Shown here: positions 26,362 to 38,334 of the stretch, one piece after another
Layout of the letters: each line of letters opens with the position of its first letter
Numbering within the stretch: the stretch's first letter is position 1
Origin: Anaeramoeba ignava BMAN
Lineage: Eukaryota; Protista; Anaeramoebae
Direction of reading: 5' to 3'
NCBI GenBank assembly: GCA_028826165.1
Contig: JAPDFW010000018.1
Span: 1 to 64,000, forward strand
DNA length: 64,000 nucleotides
Made by a program: the position numbers and the translations under genes
Notes under the pieces: generated by a model
What the model was told of the DNA's origin: nothing
Seen by the model: the letters and a program-made list of their open reading frames with translations, nothing else
The model's database searches: none

Positions 26362-27429
26362 AGAGGTTGGGATGGAATCCCTCTTGGTTCGCGGATATCT
26401 ATATTTGGTCGCGGATGCTCTTTTGTATCCACGAACAAAAAATTATCCTCGAAATTTTTTTTTCCGTAGATGTTAATTGAGATTCGCGAAAAATGATTAA
26501 TTCGCTAAAATGAGGAAGTTCGGAAAATGTCCCTATTTGATCTCGGTGAATTATTTTGAAAAAAATTATTTTTAATCATTTTTTTCTTATGGAAAATTCG
26601 TTTTAATTTTATCAAAATTCTCAATAAAATCGCTAACTAATTATTCTTGAAGAATTTTCTGATAGTGAAGAAGAAATTAGAGATTTTGATTCAATAAAAT
26701 TTGAAGAACTACAAGCAACTAATAATGAACAGAGATTAGAAATTCTAACCAATTTTGGATTTCAAGATTTTCTCAGTTTATTTCAATCAGTCGAACTCGA
26801 TTTTCAATATCAGGGAAGAGGAGCTAGAAGAATGAAGCAAACAAATGAAACAAATTTTCTCATGACCTTGGTATGGAAGATTTTTTCAAGAATATTCATT
26901 AATGGTTGATAAAGCATATTATGATCTTCAAAATGAAATTCAAATTGTGATCCCTTTCAAAAAACCGAGAGGATGTGAACTCAATCAAGAAGAACACTTT
27001 TTTAATGTTAGATTATCTTCTTGTTGGATCCAAATTGAGCATTATTACGGAAGATTAAAAGTTCTATGACCATGCATGTCCAATACTTGGTGTTGAGAAA
27101 GAGAATATTTTTTATCAAAAAATTTTTGGAGTTTGTGTTTCCTTAACTAATTTTGAGATTCGATCTGGTCATTCTCTATCTTATAATGATTAAATTAAAA
27201 AGAAGAACAACAATCATTTTCATTTTTCAAATAATAATTTTTTTTCATAACAAATCTCTTTCTTTTTTTTCTCATTTCAATTCCTTTTTCCTTTTGGAAA
27301 TGAAAGAAAATAAAAAATTCTCAAAAAAAAAATTTTTTTTTATTCCGAACAACTTAAAATAAGCGGAAATCAATTTTTTCGCGAATAGATTGATTTCCGC
27401 GAACCAGAGGGGATTCCATCCCAACCTCT
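26362..27429 (+). mobile_element. Non-autonomous, internally deleted PIF/Harbinger-ISL2EU-like DNA transposon, ~34-bp TIRs, 3-bp AAT target-site duplication
   Basis: AGAGGTTGGGATGGAATCCCTCTTGGTTCGCGGA ... TCCGCGAACCAGAGGGGATTCCATCCCAACCTCT; AAT at 26359-26361 and 27430-27432. Confidence 0.9.
26650..27100 (+). pseudogene. Transposase remnant (HTH-like N-terminal part joined to a DDE_Tnp_4 C-terminal part)
   Basis: ILTNFGFQDFLSLF..GRG..FLMTLVW, then LMVDKAY..IPFKKPRGCELNQEEHFFNVRLSSCWIQIEHYYGRLK; stops present and the central catalytic region is missing. Confidence 0.8.
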
Positions 27430-29241
27430 AATTTATTATCAATTTAATATCAATTTATTATCAATTTATTATCAATTTATTATCAATTTAATATCAATTT
27501 ATTATCAATTTATTATTAATTTATTATCAATTTATTATCAATTTATTATCAATTTAATATCAATCTATTTATTATCAATTTAATATCAATCAATTTATTA
27601 TCAATCAATTTAATATCAATCAATTTAATATCAATTTATTATCAATTTAATATCAATTTAATATCAATTTATTATCAATTTATTATCAATTTATTATCAA
27701 TTTAATATCAATTTATTATCAATTTAATATCAATCAATTTAATATCAATTTATTATCAATTTAATATCAATTTATTATCCTATCAATTTAATATCAATTT
27801 AATATCAATTTAATATCAATCAATTTAATATCAATTTAATATCAATTTAATATCAATTTAATATCAATTTATTATCAATTTATTATCAATTTAATATCAA
27901 TTTATTATCAATTTAATATCAATTTATTATCAATTTATTATCAATTTATTATCAATTTAATATCAATTTAATATCAATTTATTATCAATCAATTTATTAT
28001 CAATTCAATTTAATATCAATTTATTATCAATCAATTTATTATCAATTTTAATATCAATTTATCAATCAATTTTATTATCAATTTAATATCAATCAATTTA
28101 TTATCAATTTATTATCAATTTATTATCAATTTAATATCAATTTATTATCAATTTATTATCAATTTATTATCAATCAATTTAATATCAATTTATTATCAAT
28201 TTAATATCAATTTATTATCTATCAATTTAATATCAATTTATTATCAATTTAATATCAATTTATTTATTATCAATTATTAATTATCAATCAATTTAATCTA
28301 TTCATTTCAATTTATTTATTATCAATTTATTATCAATTTAATATCAATTTATTATCAATTTTAATATCAATTTAATATCAATTTATTTAATATCAATTTA
28401 ATATCAATTTATTTAATATCAATTTAATATCAATTTAATATCAATCAATTTATTATCAATCAATTTTAATATCAATTTATTATCAATCAATTTATTATCA
28501 ATTTAATATCTATCAATTTAATATCAAATTATTATCAATTTTAATATCAATTTATTATCAATTTAATATTAATTTATTATCAATTTATTATCAAATTATC
28601 TATCAATTTAATATCAATTTATTATCAATTTAATATCAATTTATTATCAATTTATTATCAATTTATTATCAATTTAATATCAATTTATTATCAATTTATT
28701 ATTAATTTATTATCAATTTATTATCAATTTATTATCAATTTAATATCAATCAATTTATTATCAATTTAATATCAATTTATTATCAATCAATTTAATATCA
28801 ATCAATTTAATATCAATTTATTATCAATTTAATATCAATTTAATATCAATTTATTATCAATTTATTATCAATTTATTATCAATTTAATATCAATTTATTA
28901 TCAATTTAATATCAATCAATTTAATATCAATTTAATATCAATTTATTATCAATTTAATATCAATCAATTTAATATCAATTTATTATCAATTTATTATCAA
29001 TTTAATATCAATCAATTTATTATCAATTTAATATCAATCAATTTAATATCAATTTATTATCAATTTAATATCAATTTATTATCAATTTAATATCAATTTA
29101 TTTAATCTAATATCAATCAAAAAAATTAAATTTGTATTTTGTCTAATAAATTTTATTCTTCATTCAAATAGTTAAAATAAAGAAAGAAAAAAAAAACAAA
29201 ATCAACTCTTTTTATCAAATTAATTGTAAAATCAAAAAGAG

Positions 29242-29272
<31 letters not shown>

Positions 29273-29301
29273 TTAATTCCACTTTTCCATGAAATTATTA
29301 A

Positions 29302-31094
29302 TTATCTCCAAGACTTGAACCAAAACCGTTTTTGAAATGCATAAACATCAATATCATATCCATAAATAATGGGAATAAAGAAAAACCAACCAAAAATAAC
29401 AATAACCCAAATAGTACAAGCAATTATCATTTCAAAAACTTGGTCAGAAGTTAAAGTAGAAAGAATAAAATCAATAACAAGACTAGCAAGAATAATCCCA
29501 AAAAGCAAAGAATATTGATAATCGTAATTAAAAAGAAATTTATCCTTTCTAAAAATTGGGAGTAAATGAATGAAATAACCACAAAGTAAGAAAAATAAGT
29601 TGAAAGAATTTGTAGAAATCATATCAAGAAGATAATCATATCTTGTATAAATAAGATGAGAAACTGAGTTTTTCCTTTTTAAATTTTTATTTTCATTTTC
29701 ATTTTCATTTTCAGTTGTATTTTCATTTTCATTTTCATTTTTATTTTTATTTTTATTTTCAGTTGTATTTGTATTTTCATTCTCATTTTTATTTTCATTT
29801 ATTATATTCCCTTTTTAATTTTCTCAACAATCTTTTTATGCTTTTTCCAACCCACAATCATCAAAAAATTGAAGATTATAAAAATAACACAAAAAAACAC
29901 AATCCACCAAACAAAAGGATTTCCTATTGAATAAATATATTGTTTTGGTTCGGTGATATCAGTCGAATCCTTCCTCCATAACTCAACGGCTTTGCTTGTA
30001 TGAAGTAGCCATTGATGCCAATTTGAGGCATAATTTTGCACTTTCATTTCATTTGAATAAATTTCAGCAGATTCATCAATTATATTTTCTTGAGAATGAA
30101 TTTGTGACAAAAAATCAGGCAAGAAACCAAAGCCTGCCTGTTTTGAATCTGCACTTTGAATAAGCCCATCAGAATAAAGCATTGTTTTCTGTTCCAAATT
30201 GTCGTTTTCGTTAAAAGGAAGAAAATTGAAATGAAAATTGTAGCTGATAATAAAAATCACAATGGCAAAAGCAAAAAAAATAACGAAAATGGACAAAATT
30301 CGTTTGAAAATGATAATTTTTTTCTGGTTTTTCTGCCGAAAAATATTGATGATTTGGAAGAGAATAATAAAAATAAAAGTGACCCAAGAAAACGGTTCTG
30401 AAGAGATGGCCATTCCAAGAGAAACCGCAGAAAGAGACATTGCAAAGAGCGATTTTTTAGATAGCGGCCTTAAGTGAGTTTCTTTTAAGGCAAAAAAAAC
30501 GGCAGAAATTACAAGCAATAAAACAAACGAGTTTGTTGAGATTAAATGCGATTGCACAATCATAGTGTTTTCAAAAATGATCATTGAAGCAGCAAGAAAA
30601 GAGGCAATAACAGATCCCCCCATTGATCGTGTTACCAAATATACCAATTCAGGCACCAAACTTCCGAAAAACGTTGAAGCTGTTCTCAAACAAGTTAACG
30701 GAAAATCCGGCGGAATTTGTTCGCCTGGTGATGTAAAAGTCAACGCCGGTTTTGTTGCACAAATTTTCGCAACAAATGACATTAGCATATTTGCGAACGG
30801 GGGTTTTTGTCCGGCAAAAAATTCACCTAATAAATAATGATTAATTGATTTTCCTGTTGATATTTCCGGTAAAAGTGTTTCTTTTGGATGAGAAAGTTTC
30901 CAAAAACGAGTTGTAAATGAAATTGCTAAAGAAATGAATAGAATTATTGTTTCGGTTTTTTTTCCTATTTGATTGAATTTTCTGTGCGATTTTTGAGTTT
31001 TTTTTAAATTAAAACTGGCTATTTGATTCAAATCAATTTCGTTTTCATTTTCACTTGCAAAAGTAACTTTCAGTGCTTTTTTATTTTCTGTCAT
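29302..31094 (-). CDS. Protein O-mannosyltransferase (PMT/GT39)-like membrane protein, no MIR domain; one frameshift near 29805
   Basis: TRFWKLSHP..YLLGEFF...PPF.NML, LR..S.FFGSL, MIIFEN.MIVQS and YASNWHQW..IYSIGNPFVWW; the NE-rich linker reads in frame into the 29302-29622 ORF. Confidence 0.8.
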
Positions 31095-31223
31095 TTATTT
31101 ATGAAAAAAAAAATAAAAAAAAAAATGAAAAAAATTTTTTAATTAATTTTTTTTTTTCATTTTTTTTTTTCTTCTTAAAAATAATAATTAAAAATAAAAA
31201 TTAAAAAAAATTTATAATAATAA

Positions 31224-32775
31224 ATGTATTCACTTTCTTCACCAAAAAAACTTTTAGAACATCTTTTAACAATTCCTTCAAATCAAATTTGTGCTGATTG
31301 TGGTCAAAAAGGTTTAAAATTGAATTAACGAAAACAAAACAAAAATTAAAATAAAAAAATTTTAATTTAATTTAATTTAATAATAAATTTTATAATTATT
31401 TTTTTTTTTTTTAAAATAAAAGAACCAACATGGGCAAGTATAAATTTAGGCATTTTTATTTGTTTAAATTGCAGTGGAGTTCATAGATCACTTGGAGTTG
31501 ATATTTCTCAAGTTAGATCAACAACTCTTGATGTTTGGACAATGGATCAAGTAAACAATATGAGAATAATTGGAAATGAAAAAGCAAATCAATATTGGGA
31601 AGCAAATTTACCTTCAAATTTTATCAGACCAAAAACAGGAACTGCAATAAGAAATTTTATTGTTGATAAATATTATCGAAAACTTTATATTCCTTCAAAT
31701 ACAAATTCAAAATTAAATTCAAATTCAAATTCAAATTCAAATTCAAAAAATAATCCTGTTCAAAATTCAAATTCAAATTCAAATTCAAAAAGAAATTCAA
31801 AATCAAATTCAAAATCAAAAAAAAGACATGTTAATGTTAGAAATTATTTGAAAAGCAAAAGTGCAAATCCAATTTCTTCTCAAATAAATGATTCTGAATT
31901 AAATAATAATGATGATTTTTTGTTAGATCAACAAAAAAATTCACTTCCTAATAATCCTCCAATTTTAAATAATATTGAGAAAAATACTTCTCATCATCAA
32001 GATGTTAATCAAAGTTTATCATTAATTGATGTTGAGCAATCAATACAACAAACAAATAAGGTTTATAAAAAAAAATTTAAAATTAAAATTATAAAAAAAT
32101 TTCTATTAACATGAAATTTAATTTAAAATTATAAAAAAATTTCCATTAACATGAAATTTAAAATTATAAAAGTTTGATTTATTTTCAGGTAATTTAATTT
32201 TTTTAAAGCAAAAAAAAACAAGAAAAAAAATCAATTTCTTATTAAAAATTTTTTTTTTCTTCTTAAAATTAGAAATTGTAATTTATAATGATCAACCACA
32301 TAATTCACCAAAACAAAACCATCACCAAAAACAAAACAAACTTCCAAAATCAGATCTTCAAAAAGAAAAAAAAATTATAAAACAAAACAAAGAAACAAAT
32401 AATTTATTATTTTTTTCAGAAGGAAATGAACCACAAAATTCACTAAAATCTTCTCAAGAAAATCAACTACAAGAATTAGAATCAATATTTGAAACTTCTC
32501 CAACAAAAACAAAAGAAAAAAATAATTCAGTTGATAAAAATTTAATTCTTGCAATGTTTGATGAATCAAATCAAAAACCAATTAAAAAACCAATTAAAAA
32601 ACCAATTAAAAAACCAATTAAAAAACAAAATCAAAATAATTTTGTTTTCAATTTTGGAAGAAGTATAAGTGATCAAGCTGCTTTACATAATCATCATAAT
32701 CATCATCATCATAATCAATATCAGAATCCTCAAAGAAATCAAAAATCTTCTTTTGAAGATGTTTTTTTAAATTAA
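31224..32775 (+). CDS. ArfGAP (SMAP/AGFG-like); exons 31224-31311, 31423-32060, 32173-32188, 32273-32775 (last exon frameshifted)
   Basis: [41 protein letters not shown].W zinc finger; GNEKANQYWE; FIVDKY. Confidence 0.9.
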
Positions 32776-32910
32776 TTTTTAATTTTAAGTGAAACTTTTT
32801 CTTTCTTTTCCACAAAAAAAAAAAAAAGAATTTATTCAAAAATTCTTCTAAATAAGAAGAAGAATAATAATAAGAATAATAATAATAATAACTTTATTTT
32901 CTTTTCAAAT

Positions 32911-33522
32911 TCAAATAAATTTTCCATTTTGAAATTCAATTCCTTTTTCAATTTCTTTTTCAATTTGATTTTCAATTTCTTTTTCAATTTCTTTTTCAAT
33001 TTGATTTTCTTTTTCAATTTGATTTTGAATTTCTTTTTCAATTTGATTTTGATTTTCTTTTTGATTTTGATTTTGATTTTGATTTTCAATTTGATTTTGA
33101 TTTTCTTTTTCATTTTGATTTTGATTTTGATTTTCAATTTGATTTTGATTTTCAATTTCAATTTCAATTTCAATTTGATTTTGATTTTCAATTTGATTTA
33201 AATTCAAATTTTCAATTTCAATTTGATTTTCAATTTCATTTTCATTTAAATTCTCTTTCAAATCCTTAATATCTTTTTGTTCTAATTGAACCTTTAATTG
33301 AAGTTTTAAAAGATAAATTTGTGATTTTTTTTTGATAATTATTTGTTCATTCTCTTCTATTGCTTGAATAAAATCAATATCATTTGGATCAAAATCATTC
33401 ATTTCTTTATTTGAACGAATTAAATTTTCAACTTGATTTTCTAAAATGTTTATTTGTTTAATTAAAAAATTAATATCAAAATAAATTAAATCTTCTTTTT
33501 CAATTAAATCTTCTTTTTCCAT
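32911..33522 (-). CDS. Hypothetical coiled-coil protein with a low-complexity NQ/EI tail
   Basis: 203-aa ORF; non-repetitive core LENQVENLIRSNKEM..DIDFIQAIEENEQII. Confidence 0.6.
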   Translation of the reverse strand: MEKEDLIEKEDLIYFDINFLIKQINILENQVENLIRSNKEMNDFDPNDIDFIQAIEENEQIIIKKKSQIYLLKLQLKVQLEQKDIKDLKENLNENEIENQIEIENLNLNQIENQNQIEIEIEIENQNQIENQNQNQNEKENQNQIENQNQNQNQKENQNQIEKEIQNQIEKENQIEKEIEKEIENQIEKEIEKGIEFQNGKFI

Positions 33523-33717
33523 TTTTTATTTTTTATTATTTATTTTTTATTTTTATTAAAAAAAAGTGAAAAAATGAAAATTAAAATTTTGATTTTTTTT
33601 TTTGTAATTTTTTTTTTGAAAAGGAAAAAAAAAGAATTCTTTTGAAATTATTTAGATTTGAGAATTAAATCATAAATGAATCAATTAATTATTTAATTAT
33701 TTAATTGTTTTGTTTTG

Positions 33718-36170
33718 TTAAAAATGAACAATTTTGCATTTATCTCTTTTTGTTTCCATTGGACAATAAGGACATTTAAATCTTCTTTCTCTTTCAGCAA
33801 GTCTATCAACTGCAATTCTACTTATAATATGACCTATTTTATAATTCATTTATAATTCATTTTTAATTCATTTTTAATTATTTTTTAATTCATTTAATTA
33901 TTTTCATGTCATGTTAATGAGAATTTTTTTTTGAAATTTCAATTCATTTCATGTTAATATTTTAATTTTAATTTTAATTTTAATTTTAATTTTAATTTTA
34001 ATTTTAATTTTAATTTTAATTTTAATTTTAATTTTAATTTTAATTTTAATTTTAATTTTAATTTTAATTTTAATTTTAATTTTAATTTTAATTTTAATTT
34101 TAATTTTAATTTTAATTTTAATTTTAATTCTTACCACAAGGAAGCATCATTGGTGGATTTTCGTTTGTTGTTGCTTCTTTTATAACAGGACAAATAAAAT
34201 TTGTATGAAACTTATAATTTTCATCCAAAGTCAATCTCAATTTGTAATTCATTTGAATGTTCAGCTTTTAAATTATTCAAAGCATTATTTTGAGAATTTG
34301 CAATAGGAATCAAAGATTGTAAAGTTTGAATACCAGCAGTAATTGCAAGATAAAGATTAGATTCTTGAGATAATCCAAGATTTTCACAGTATTCTTTTGT
34401 AAAGTTATGTTGAATAACATCCCATGAAGATTCATCAAATAAATAATTATATTCACTTGATTCAATATTTTTCAAAAAAACTAAACATCCAAATAATTTT
34501 TTGATTTCATTGAATTTTGATTTGGAAAATTTTGATAATTTTATTTTAGAATAATTAATTGCTTCCGGAATCTTTTTTTGTTTTAATAAATCAATATAAT
34601 AAAGTGAATGCAAGTCAAACTCAAGTGAACTTCCTTTTGAATCCAATTTTTCTTGATTTTTCTTGATCCAATTTAATGTTGAATCGATTTTGTGCTGTTG
34701 AAGATCTGATAAGATTTCAAACATTTCCACAAATTGTTCTCGAAAATTTTTTGATATTTCTGTTTCTGTTTCTGTTTCTTTGATGAATGAATCACCAATT
34801 TCGAATTTACCATCTCTGTAAAGATGTTCTGCAATTATTTGTTTTAATATTTTTTTATCAAATGGAGTTTTTTGAACGACTAAAGGTTCTAGATCAATTT
34901 TAGATTCCTTTTTTTTTCAATTTAAAATATAAATATTTAAAAAATATAAATATAAATATAAATATAAATATAAATATAAATATAAATATAAATATAAATA
35001 TAAATATAAATATAAATATAAATATAAATATAAATATAAATATAAATATAAATATAAATATAAATATAAATATAAATATAAATATAAAATATAAATATAA
35101 ATATAAATATAAATATAAATTTAAAATATAAATATAAATATAAATATAAATATAAATATAAATATAAAATATAAATATAAATATAAATTTAAATATAAAT
35201 ATAAATATAAATATAAATATAAATATAAATATAAAATATAAATATAAATATAAATATAAATATAAATATAAATATAAATATAAATATAAATATAAATATA
35301 AATATAAATATAAATATAAATAAAAATATAAATATAAAATATAAATATAAATATAAATATAAATATAAATATAAATATAAATATAAATATAAATATAAAT
35401 ATAAATAAAAATATAAAATATACAAAATATAAACATAAATATAAAATATAAAATATACTTTATAAAAATAAATATAAAAAAAATATAAAATATAAATATA
35501 AATATAAATATAAATATAAATATAAATATAAATATAAAAATATTTCATTTATAAAATTTAAATATAAATTTTTAAAATCTTCATTTTGTTCTATCTTCTG
35601 TTTTTGATAAATATAATTTCAAATATATTTATATTTAAATATTAAAAAAAAATATAAAGTAAAAAATCTAAATATGTTGTATGAAATATGTTTTATAAAT
35701 ATAATCATAAATATAAATATAAATATAAATATTTTATATAAATATAAATATAAATATAAATAAAAAATATAAAAAAAAATAAATATAATTCAAAATAAAA
35801 ATTTTTCATTATTATAATTATAATTATAAATATAAATATAAATATAAATATAAATATAAATATAAATATAAATATAAAATTATAAAATTATCAAGTTCAA
35901 TTTTTCATTTACTTTATCAAGAGTTTTAGAAAAATTTGCTAAACCAATATGATATTCTTTATGTGTATTCAATATTTGTTTGGTTTCTTTTTTTATTTCA
36001 TTTTTAGTTTCTTCTAATTTTTTAAAAAAATCTTCATTTTGTTCTTCTTCTGTTTTTTGACTCATAATTTCAAGTGTATTTACTATTGTTTCAAGTTTTG
36101 TTTCTAATTGTTTTGTTGTTGAAATGTGTTTTTTTTCTAATTTATCAAGTCTTTTTTGAATTTCTTCCAT
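33718..36170 (-). CDS. RMND5: RMND5/GID2 CTLH-complex RING subunit; exons 36170-35913, 34907-34135, 33833-33718 (one frameshift near 34225)
   Basis: LisH IIAEHLYRDG, CTLH SSLEFDLHSL, CRA, and RING FHTNFICPV..ENPPMMLPCGHII..FKCPYCP. Confidence 0.9.
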
Positions 36171-36355
36171 TTTATTATTTTTATTTTTATTTTTATTTTT
36201 ATAACAAAAAGAAATTTTAATTAAAAAGAAGAAAAATGAATTTATTTTTTTTCTCCTTTTTTTTTTTATTAAAAATTTAATTAAAAAAAGAAAAAAATTT
36301 TTTTCATTTTTTTTTTCCTTTTTTTTAATTAAATTTTCTTTCTAATTAATAAAAA

Positions 36356-38139
36356 ATGCAACAACAACAACAACAACAACAAACACAACAACAACAAATA
36401 CAACAACAACAAATACAAATAGTTCCAAACACAAGATTTGAAGAACTTCCAGAACCAATTCAAAAACATTTCCTTCAATTTGAGTAAATAATTTTAATAA
36501 TAAATTTAATAATAAATTTAATAATAAATTTAATAATTAATTTAATAATAATTTTAATAATAAATTTAATAATAAATTTAATAATAATTTAATAATAATT
36601 TTAATAATAATTTTAATAATAAATTTAATAATAAATTTAATAATAATTTTTAATAATAATTTAATAATAAATTTAATAATAAATTTAATAATAAATTTAA
36701 TAATAATTTTAATAATAATTTTAATAATAATTTTAATAATAATTTTAATAATAATTATAATAATAATTTTAATAATAATTTTAATAATAATTTTAATAAT
36801 AATTTTAATAATAATTTTAATAATAATTTTAATAATAAATTTTAATAATAATTTTAATAATAATTTTAAATAATAATTTTAATAATAATTTTTAATAATA
36901 ATTTTAATAATAATTTTAATAATAAATATAATAATAATTTTAATAATAATTTTAATAAATTTAATAATAAATTTAATAATAATTTTAATAATAAATTTAA
37001 TAATAAATTTAATAATAAATTTAATAATAAATTTAATATTAATTTTAATAATAATTTTATTAATAATAAATTTAATAATAATTTTAATAATAATTTTAAT
37101 AATAATTTTAATAATAAATTTAATAATAATTTTAATAATAATTTTAATAATAATTTTAATAATAATTTTAATAATAATTTTAATAATAATTTTAATAATA
37201 ATTTTAATAATAATTTTAATAATAATTTTAATAATAATTTTAATAATAATTTTTAATAATAATTTTTAATAATAATTTTTAATAATAATTTTAATAATAA
37301 ATATAATAATAAATTTAATAATTAATTTAATAATTAATTTAATAATTAATTTAATAATAAATTTAATAATAATTTTAATAATAAATTTAATAATAATTTT
37401 ATTAATAATTTTATTAATAATTTAATAATAAATTTAAATTTTTAGACAAGAATTAGAAAAACAAAAAGAAACACGAATCGAAGTAGCAACAAAAGAATTA
37501 AAAGAAACAGTTGAACAAATCGAGAAGTTTGAAGAATCGATGGAGAATCTTGGGAATGCCTACAACAAAGATAGCGTAATAGTAAATCAAATAAAAAAAG
37601 AAAACCAACAACAAGCATATGAAACAGAAGAAGCAAACCGACTTTTAGAAACATTAAAAAACTCAAGTTATCGAGAAGAACCCAGTCAATTATCGCCATA
37701 TTTTGAAAAGCTTCTCGAAAAAATACAGTCAAAAATGGTTGAATATAATACAATTATTGAAGATATTGAATCATTTATATCGTCAAATTCTCAGCAACCT
37801 TTCGAACAGTTCCTCGCCCAACAAACCCTCCCAAATCCTGATTCAAAAACAAATGCGAGAGTAGTCAATCCCCCGAAAGTGATCCATGATACCATTCATT
37901 CTCAGTATCAAAAATTCATGGAACTTGTTGGCAAAATTTCCTTTATTCATGAGCAAGTTGACATTCTTCGCGAAGAGTTTTTGCGTATTTTTCGTCATGT
38001 TTTCCCAAATTCTCCTAATCCTCTTGATCAACCTGATCAGGATGATGTTGAAAATAGGGCTGTTCCTCGTTTTATTAATCTTGATCAAGACAATTCTCCA
38101 AATCTGATCCAAATTTTACCCAATTCTCAATTCAATTAA
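36356..38139 (+). CDS. Nup58/Nup49-like nucleoporin coiled-coil protein (exons 36356-36483, 37446-38139; 273 aa)
   Basis: TRFEELPEPIQK and FMELVGKISFIHEQVDILREEFL..NP resemble the Nup58/Nup49 helical region; GT-AG intron keeps the frame. Confidence 0.6.
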
Positions 38140-38334
38140 AATTAAAATTAAAATTAAAATTAAATTTTACATTTTAAATTTATAACTTTATAAAACAATT
38201 TTTTTTGGTGTTGTTTGTTAATAATATTTTTCTTTACTTCTAAAAATAGAAACAAACAATTCTTCCTTTTTTTTGTTTATTTATTCTTTTCCTTCTTCTT
38301 TTTCTTCAATCAATTCTTTTCAAAAATAAAACAA

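Larger units (their letters stand above)
24740..29120. repeat. 11-bp satellite (atcaatttaat/atcaatttatt)n, ~3.3 kb, interrupted by a transposon
   Basis: Direct reading; G is essentially absent on the + strand. Confidence 0.95.

Noticed and set aside
5810-35548. Low-complexity ORFs in the track ([30 protein letters not shown] and antisense ORFs over H3, CAND1 and PMT)
   Set aside because: They are translations of microsatellites or shadows of real genes.
35545-35700. Degenerate echo of RMND5 exon 1 inside its intron
   Set aside because: It is a mosaic of exon sequence (36020-36080) and the (tataaa)n repeat, typical of a misaligned consensus rather than a real duplication.
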